Below, piece by piece: positions 58,766 through 64,000 of a stretch of DNA of 64,000 bases (within the stretch, counting starts at the first letter, position 1; the number at the start of each line of letters is the position of its first letter). Made by a program: the position numbers and the translations under genes. The notes under the pieces are model-generated. The model ran no database searches and had not been told where the DNA came from. It saw nothing but the letters and a program-made list of their open reading frames with translations. The stretch covers positions 1-64,000 of the IMG/VR virus record IMGVR_UViG_3300025530_000275. One strand, given 5' to 3'. Origin of the DNA: a virus.

Positions 58766-59472
58766 TTATTTTTTTTTATCTTTTCCTTCCATAAATCATA
58801 TATAGAATTTGCTATAATTTCAGGTGGATACCATTCATTAGATGAGTTAAATTTTCTTGTAGCAATCGGGTCCCAATTTTTTAGTGATATCAATGTATGG
58901 AGAAATTGCTCAACTTCTCCTTGATAGTTTATATCTCTTTCATTTATATCTAATTCTTTTCTATTACTCATAGCCTCTCGGGAGCTTTTCGAATCACTAA
59001 TAAGGACAAATACTCTATTAGGTTTAGGTATACGGAATAACTTATGCTCTATAAATTCTATAAAATTGGAAATACTGATCTTATCTTCATATGTTTTACC
59101 CTTAGCGCCCTGGTACAGCATATTTGAAGTACTATATCTATCAAATATTACAAAATCATAGTTTTTGATAATCGATTTTACTTTAGTATAGTACCCAATT
59201 ATTCTATCAAATGAATAGAATAATGATGCGATTCTTGGAGGAACTGAGTAGGGAGATTTCCCAAATTTTCCTTTAAGAAACCATCTTACAAGAAATGAGT
59301 GCCATTTATCATACATAGGAAAAGATACGGTTAAAACTTTATAGCCATCCTCTGTTAGAATATCATATAACTTTTTTGTAGTGGTTTCCTTTCCCGAACC
59401 GTCCAATCCTTCGATTACAAAAATATAAGGTGTCTTTTTCCCCACAATTTTCTCCCCTTCTATTATAATCAC
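58762..59472 (-). CDS. tmk: Thymidylate (dNMP) kinase
   Basis: IEGLDGSGKET P-loop, SFP, FDRYSTSNMLYQ, DINE lid. Confidence 0.88.
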   Translation of the reverse strand: MIIIEGEKIVGKKTPYIFVIEGLDGSGKETTTKKLYDILTEDGYKVLTVSFPMYDKWHSFLVRWFLKGKFGKSPYSVPPRIASLFYSFDRIIGYYTKVKSIIKNYDFVIFDRYSTSNMLYQGAKGKTYEDKISISNFIEFIEHKLFRIPKPNRVFVLISDSKSSREAMSNRKELDINERDINYQGEVEQFLHTLISLKNWDPIATRKFNSSNEWYPPEIIANSIYDLWKEKIKKNK

Positions 59473-59505
59473 TTTTTCAATATCAAAAAAATATCTTTAA
59501 TTAAG

Positions 59506-59533
59506 GGTTAGTGAGATTATTACTCACTAACCC
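59506..59533 (-). terminator. Terminator-like hairpin
   Basis: GGGTTAGTGAG/CTCACTAACCC. Confidence 0.7.
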
Positions 59534-59540
59534 GTTTGAA

Positions 59541-60755
59541 TTAATCAAGCATTTTCATATTGTCAAATACTTTGGCAACCTGCTCTCTCATTACAGCTTC
59601 GCCAAGACCAAATTTATATTTGGCTACACCTATGACTGCACCTTTAAGGTATGCATCTTTAATTGCCTCAGCAGCCCAATGATCTGAAGGCACGTCTTCA
59701 TAAATGTCAGGAACTTCCCAAAAGTCATCGACTGTAATGAGGCCAAGATTTTCGAGAATTTTTACAAACTGCTCTCTAGTAAGAGTATCTCCCAATCCAA
59801 ATTTTTCAGAGGAGATACCATTAATGATGCCGGTCGTATATGCTTTCTTAATAGAATTAATAGCCCAATGGTTGTCAGGAACATCCTTGAACGGAAAATC
59901 TTCTCTAATGATAGGTTTATCATTCATAAGTCCAAGCCTATCAATTACCGCAACAACTTCTTCGCGTTTTACTTCCATATTAAGACCAAACTTTTTGTCC
60001 CCAATACCACTCATGATTCCTTTATTATATGCTTTCTTAATAGATTCAGCAGCCCAGTGATTTTCCGGGACATCGTCAAACATTTCAAGAGTTTTTATAG
60101 GTTCAATAACTACTGGAGGTTCAGGCTGCTCAACCTTTTCTTTATATTGACCCCAGAAGATTTCAGGATTGAAGCATTCATTTAAATCGACATTAATTCC
60201 ATTGACCATAATATCATTCTTATATTGATATAGATCGGCATATTTCGAGAGTTTTCCTTTACTCCAGGCATAGGTTTGCCAGAAGTATTTACAAGCCCCT
60301 CGTTTAGCCATCTCTTCGATTACGTCGAATTTACCATATATTCCGGCAAAATAGTCATCTCCGAGAATTTCTTGTGCGCCTTTCAAAAATGCTTCAAATT
60401 GGTCGTAATCCGATTTAGGGGCATCATAATCTACAGCAAAGAAAATTGCGCTCTTTTTAGGCTGACCAAGGGCAATAGCGCGTTGTTTGGCTTTATTAGC
60501 AGCAACTTTCCCTGCACTGTACCCATATTTGGGACCATCTTTTCCTTCTTGGAAAACCGAACCGATCATAAATCCGGCTTTCTTAAGGTTTTCAACCTCT
60601 GTTTTGGAGAAATATTTCCAAGATTCAGGTCCTGCGAGGTAACGTATGAAGAAGCTCCCAAATTTCCCATTTTGATAACTTGCAAGACTTTTAGCCTGAG
60701 CTAAACTAAGGCCAGCGCCTCTGTCATATCCGAAGATACTTGACATTGTTATCAT
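59541..60755 (-). CDS. Endolysin: DUF1906/GH25-like glycoside hydrolase plus 3 SLH domains
   Basis: RYL..K....E, IFFAVDYD, YFWQTYAWS, VDLN; three F.DVP..HWA...REE/REQ repeats. Confidence 0.88.
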   Translation of the reverse strand: MITMSSIFGYDRGAGLSLAQAKSLASYQNGKFGSFFIRYLAGPESWKYFSKTEVENLKKAGFMIGSVFQEGKDGPKYGYSAGKVAANKAKQRAIALGQPKKSAIFFAVDYDAPKSDYDQFEAFLKGAQEILGDDYFAGIYGKFDVIEEMAKRGACKYFWQTYAWSKGKLSKYADLYQYKNDIMVNGINVDLNECFNPEIFWGQYKEKVEQPEPPVVIEPIKTLEMFDDVPENHWAAESIKKAYNKGIMSGIGDKKFGLNMEVKREEVVAVIDRLGLMNDKPIIREDFPFKDVPDNHWAINSIKKAYTTGIINGISSEKFGLGDTLTREQFVKILENLGLITVDDFWEVPDIYEDVPSDHWAAEAIKDAYLKGAVIGVAKYKFGLGEAVMREQVAKVFDNMKMLD

Positions 60756-60781
60756 CCTTTCCTATGAATTTATATAAGGTT

Positions 60782-61474
60782 TTAAGATATTACATCTGAT
60801 ATCTCAATATCGGCTGGTATACTTTTAAAGCTTTTTCTATTCTTAATCTTTTTATATACATATATAGATGTAAATTTATCTTCATAATAGATAGTCATTT
60901 CAATCCTGGGTAAGAATGAATAAAACTTCTCTATATGTGCTTTATAGATCAAATCATCATCTAATAAAAGAGTGCCAATAAGACTGTCAGTATATGTTTT
61001 AAAAGCATTATCTATATCGGGCTTTGTTGCAGGAGGAATGATTCCAGCTTCGAATAAAACTTGCTCTTCTATAGACGCACTAGAGGGCATTGGATGATAG
61101 AAGTTGATTTTTATAAACATCGGAGTATGGATATTTATGTCTTTTCTAAGTTTTTTTATAAACTTAGTGATATAGTTCTTATTATCCTTAGCATTTGGTA
61201 CATAGGGGGATATGAATCCACCAATTGACCTATACCTGGGACGTTCACTCTGAACAGGTTCTTCGTAAATAGTGATATTTATACACGAATAACTTCGCTT
61301 TTCAAGTATTCTTTTCTTTCTATTTATTATATCTTTCACACGTTTTTCAGTTAATTTATCTCCAATACAATACATGACTCTTTCTATTGGGTCATATTTT
61401 GGGACACCCTTATATTTTGAATTATATTCATCAATTCTATTCTTCCTGGATTTTATTCTTCTTTTTTTAGCCAT
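60782..61474 (-). CDS. rusA: RusA-like Holliday junction resolvase
   Basis: RPRY...TKPDIDNAFK...D.L..LLLDDDLI...KFY. Confidence 0.8.
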   Translation of the reverse strand: MAKKRRIKSRKNRIDEYNSKYKGVPKYDPIERVMYCIGDKLTEKRVKDIINRKKRILEKRSYSCINITIYEEPVQSERPRYRSIGGFISPYVPNAKDNKNYITKFIKKLRKDINIHTPMFIKINFYHPMPSSASIEEQVLFEAGIIPPATKPDIDNAFKTYTDSLIGTLLLDDDLIYKAHIEKFYSFLPRIEMTIYYEDKFTSIYVYKKIKNRKSFKSIPADIEISDVIS

Positions 61475-61531
61475 TAACCTCCAACCTTTTTTAGTATTTT
61501 ATCTAACGTTTGGGAAATAATAACAAAAGCA

Positions 61532-61558
61532 ACTCCAAGGGCTTTAAACCCTTGGAGT
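61532..61558 (-). terminator. Intrinsic terminator
   Basis: ACTCCAAGGG/CCCTTGGAGT. Confidence 0.75.
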
Positions 61559-61564
61559 CTTGTA

Positions 61565-62170
61565 TTATTTTTTCTTACGTACTTGTTGTTTTTTGGTCTT
61601 AGGCTTCTCCGTCGTCTGTTGATCTTCTTCGGGTTCGCCAGTTTGACCATCTCCCGCCTCAGTGGATTCATTCTGTTCAGAATTTGACTCGTTATCGGAA
61701 TCACTGGGATCGGAAACTTCACCAATCGGTTGTTCCGGCTCAGTCGGTTCAGATTGTTGTCCATCGGTATCCACGGGATCTTCAGTCTTAGGCGTCTCGT
61801 CTTCCGGTTCCTTAGGAGGTTGTTCAGTATTTTTGTCTTCCTCTTTAGGAGGAGCCTTGGGAGGATCGACAGTTTTTACACCCTTCTCCCACGGGAATAC
61901 CTTTCCAGGATTTTGTTCTTTCCAAATTTCCTCGAAAGATTTGCGATAGTTCGATTTGTTGAGAAGAACTCTGAGAGAATGGTCTTTTTCATAAACTTCA
62001 TACATAGCAGTAACCTTTGAAATGTTCAAAAGCTGCCCAATTGTTTCTACAGGAAATCTAGAAGGTTTGTAGATCGGGCTCTGAAAGCCGAACCCAATAG
62101 GGGAGAGTTCTCGATTTAAGTCATTGATAACAATGAGTTTATGAGTAGGTGCGTTTGACATTGTATTCAA
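61565..62170 (-). CDS. Hypothetical protein with long Pro/Glu-rich disordered C-terminal half
   Basis: AAGGAG RBS; globular N-terminal half, low-complexity tail ending in a Lys-rich tip. Confidence 0.75.
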   Translation of the reverse strand: MNTMSNAPTHKLIVINDLNRELSPIGFGFQSPIYKPSRFPVETIGQLLNISKVTAMYEVYEKDHSLRVLLNKSNYRKSFEEIWKEQNPGKVFPWEKGVKTVDPPKAPPKEEDKNTEQPPKEPEDETPKTEDPVDTDGQQSEPTEPEQPIGEVSDPSDSDNESNSEQNESTEAGDGQTGEPEEDQQTTEKPKTKKQQVRKKK

Positions 62171-62190
62171 CTCCTTAATTTGTTTTTGTA

Positions 62191-62532
62191 TTACTTACAG
62201 TCGCTACAGTCGTCTTTGTTGATAGATTCAAGCTTTTCCATGATGTGACTAGCAAGAGAATTCAATTCCTCGTTACTCATGTTTTCAACATCTTTATTCT
62301 TGATAATATCATCAATAACTTGATTTTCTTCAGGAGTGAGATCGAACTCATCGCTATCGTCCAGATCAACGAGAAGTCCTACATCATTAACAGAGATTTC
62401 TCCAGTTTCTTCATCCTCATCAACATCGAGGACACATTCGCGGATGATTCTATTATGCATAGCATCGATTTCTTTCTTTCGACGTTCCCGCGCAAGTGCT
62501 CCAAACATATTTGTACCACCTTTCTCAAACAT
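62191..62532 (-). CDS. Acidic hypothetical protein
   Basis: 113 aa; late motif 62544-62555. Confidence 0.7.
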   Translation of the reverse strand: MFEKGGTNMFGALARERRKKEIDAMHNRIIRECVLDVDEDEETGEISVNDVGLLVDLDDSDEFDLTPEENQVIDDIIKNKDVENMSNEELNSLASHIMEKLESINKDDCSDCK

Positions 62533-62565
62533 ATTAAGCTTCTTATTGGTTTGTTGCTATAATAA

Positions 62566-63777
62566 TTATTTTAACAATGCCTTTATTTTCACTTTCAGAA
62601 TAAATAAAACGTATGGTATCAGGTAAAATCTTTCAATATCATTCGCTTCATAGTCATCTATTACCGAATTAAATTCTTCTATAGTTATTTCCTCATTATT
62701 ATATGCTTTAGCTATGACCAATTTTAATCCGGAGAGGTCTTCATAGTCCTTATCTATCATTTTATTTATAAATTCATAATCGAGCACTTTAATAAATTTA
62801 TTAAGATTTTCCTCATCTTCTTTATACACAAATTCTACGGATTGGAAAAGATCAATATCTTCAATCTCTTTGAATAGGCTTACGGCTAATGGTCTGAAAA
62901 GCACATAAGCATTCTTATCCCTCTCCATGGATTTGGTTATAAATTTCTGGAGAAAGAATGTTCTATTATATAAGCGATTATGCTTTGGTTCAAAGGGTAT
63001 CGGAGTCTCGAACGCAAAAATTAACTCCAATACCTCATCAAAGTAAATTACTCTATTATCCATCAAAAATTTTATCAAATATTTACAAGTTCCCATACCG
63101 GGAAGCTCATCGGATAATATATCCGGGGTTCTTAAATATCCAATACTGTCATCATAGTTTTCTTCAAGATATCTTGTAAGAATTTTTGAGTATGAATCAG
63201 TGCATTTTTCCAGGATGTTATAGTCTTCACGTCTTATAATAGCCTTATCTTCTGTACCAATATTTCTATAGATAGTATCATAAACTTCAGTGACCTGGTT
63301 TTCAATCTTCTTTGATCTAGAAGTTGGTACTACTGAATAATCTATAATATAATGATCTTCGCCTTTAATGGCCCTAATCTGAACATCAGTTACTATAAAT
63401 ATTATCTCAGAATTAAATGAGGGAATTATAAATGCGTCGCCTGCAACTGGCCTAATGGTTTGGTTAAGCATCATACACTGATCAGAATATTCAGTATAAG
63501 TACCATTTACCTCATCGTAAGTAATAGTTGCAGTGATAGCATTTACTGCAAATAATGGAAAGTTAAAAATCTTATTATATCTTACAGGAGAATCATCTCC
63601 AACATAAGACATTATATCCCTAGTACCAATCTCAGCCGTAGATTCCGCATTATTGATTGAAAAATAGGTACATGGAACTGGGTTAGTATCTAGGAATCTT
63701 GCGAATTGACTAAGGTTTCTCTCTTGTCGTAACCTGGCCTGAGACTCAATTAGATTTTGTACATCTAATACTCTCAT
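62566..63777 (-). CDS. Hypothetical late protein, possibly neck/head-closure-like N-terminal domain
   Basis: IRPVAGDAFII weakly resembles head-closure proteins; late motif 63853-63864. Confidence 0.55.
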   Translation of the reverse strand: MRVLDVQNLIESQARLRQERNLSQFARFLDTNPVPCTYFSINNAESTAEIGTRDIMSYVGDDSPVRYNKIFNFPLFAVNAITATITYDEVNGTYTEYSDQCMMLNQTIRPVAGDAFIIPSFNSEIIFIVTDVQIRAIKGEDHYIIDYSVVPTSRSKKIENQVTEVYDTIYRNIGTEDKAIIRREDYNILEKCTDSYSKILTRYLEENYDDSIGYLRTPDILSDELPGMGTCKYLIKFLMDNRVIYFDEVLELIFAFETPIPFEPKHNRLYNRTFFLQKFITKSMERDKNAYVLFRPLAVSLFKEIEDIDLFQSVEFVYKEDEENLNKFIKVLDYEFINKMIDKDYEDLSGLKLVIAKAYNNEEITIEEFNSVIDDYEANDIERFYLIPYVLFILKVKIKALLK

Positions 63778-63925
63778 ACTTATACACCTCTTTATAATAT
63801 TTTATGCGTCGTATTATAATATTTTATATTTATTTTTTACAGTATTATCCGTTATTGAAGTGTTTAACTTGAAGATAGTACAATAGGGAATTATTTTCCG
63901 GAAAATAAAAAATAGGAGGTAAAAT

Positions 63926-64000
63926 ATGAACCTGGCAGAAAAGCTTAAGCTTATACAGGAAGGTTATTCATTAGAAGATATTAATTCCGGTAGTATTAGT
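63926..64000 (+). CDS. Partial ORF MNLAEKLKLIQEGYSLEDINSGSIS...
   Basis: AGGAGG RBS; leader closely matches that of 47356-48528. Confidence 0.75.
   Translation, partial: MNLAEKLKLIQEGYSLEDINSGSIS

Noticed and set aside
61474-61764. 96-aa minus-strand ORF
   Set aside because: Alternate frame of the low-complexity 201-aa gene, and it runs through a terminator.
1-64000. Stop-codon reassignment, chimallin/PhuZ, integrase or IS elements
   Set aside because: Genes are intact and tightly packed under the standard code, and none of these families was recognisable in this window.

Overview
This AT-rich window (about 30% GC by eye) is densely coding and looks like part of a jumbo myophage of the phiKZ/AR9(PBS1)-like type. 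The likely host is an S-layer-bearing Firmicute, judged from strong GGAGG RBSs, an SLH-domain endolysin and a class Ib nrdIEF operon. It holds a 15-kb block of giant tail-fibre/receptor-binding genes (HAEG repeats, beta-propellers, LamG-like domains), dut, nrdIEF, tmk, a RusA-like resolvase, a PC4/YdbC protein and baseplate genes. It also has two convergent RNA polymerase beta-prime N-terminal subunits, each with a DYDGD catalytic loop. Two phage promoter classes can be read from the DNA: early AAWTATATATTATT (6 copies) and late AACA-N6-TA (about 15 intergenic copies). The most notable observations are: (i) a probable virion-cargo system, with shared N-terminal leaders and I/L-x-E protease sites on head-protein paralogues, on enzyme cargoes and around an SNF2 helicase nested in a polyprotein; (ii) the AR9-type late promoter, uracil-dependent in AR9, alongside a dUTPase with an atypical motif III; (iii) a candidate -1 frameshift in a tail/baseplate chaperone; (iv) a recently amplified 7-blade propeller with hypervariable loop codons; (v) two long RNA hairpins. 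All calls come from reading motifs by eye; no database search was run.
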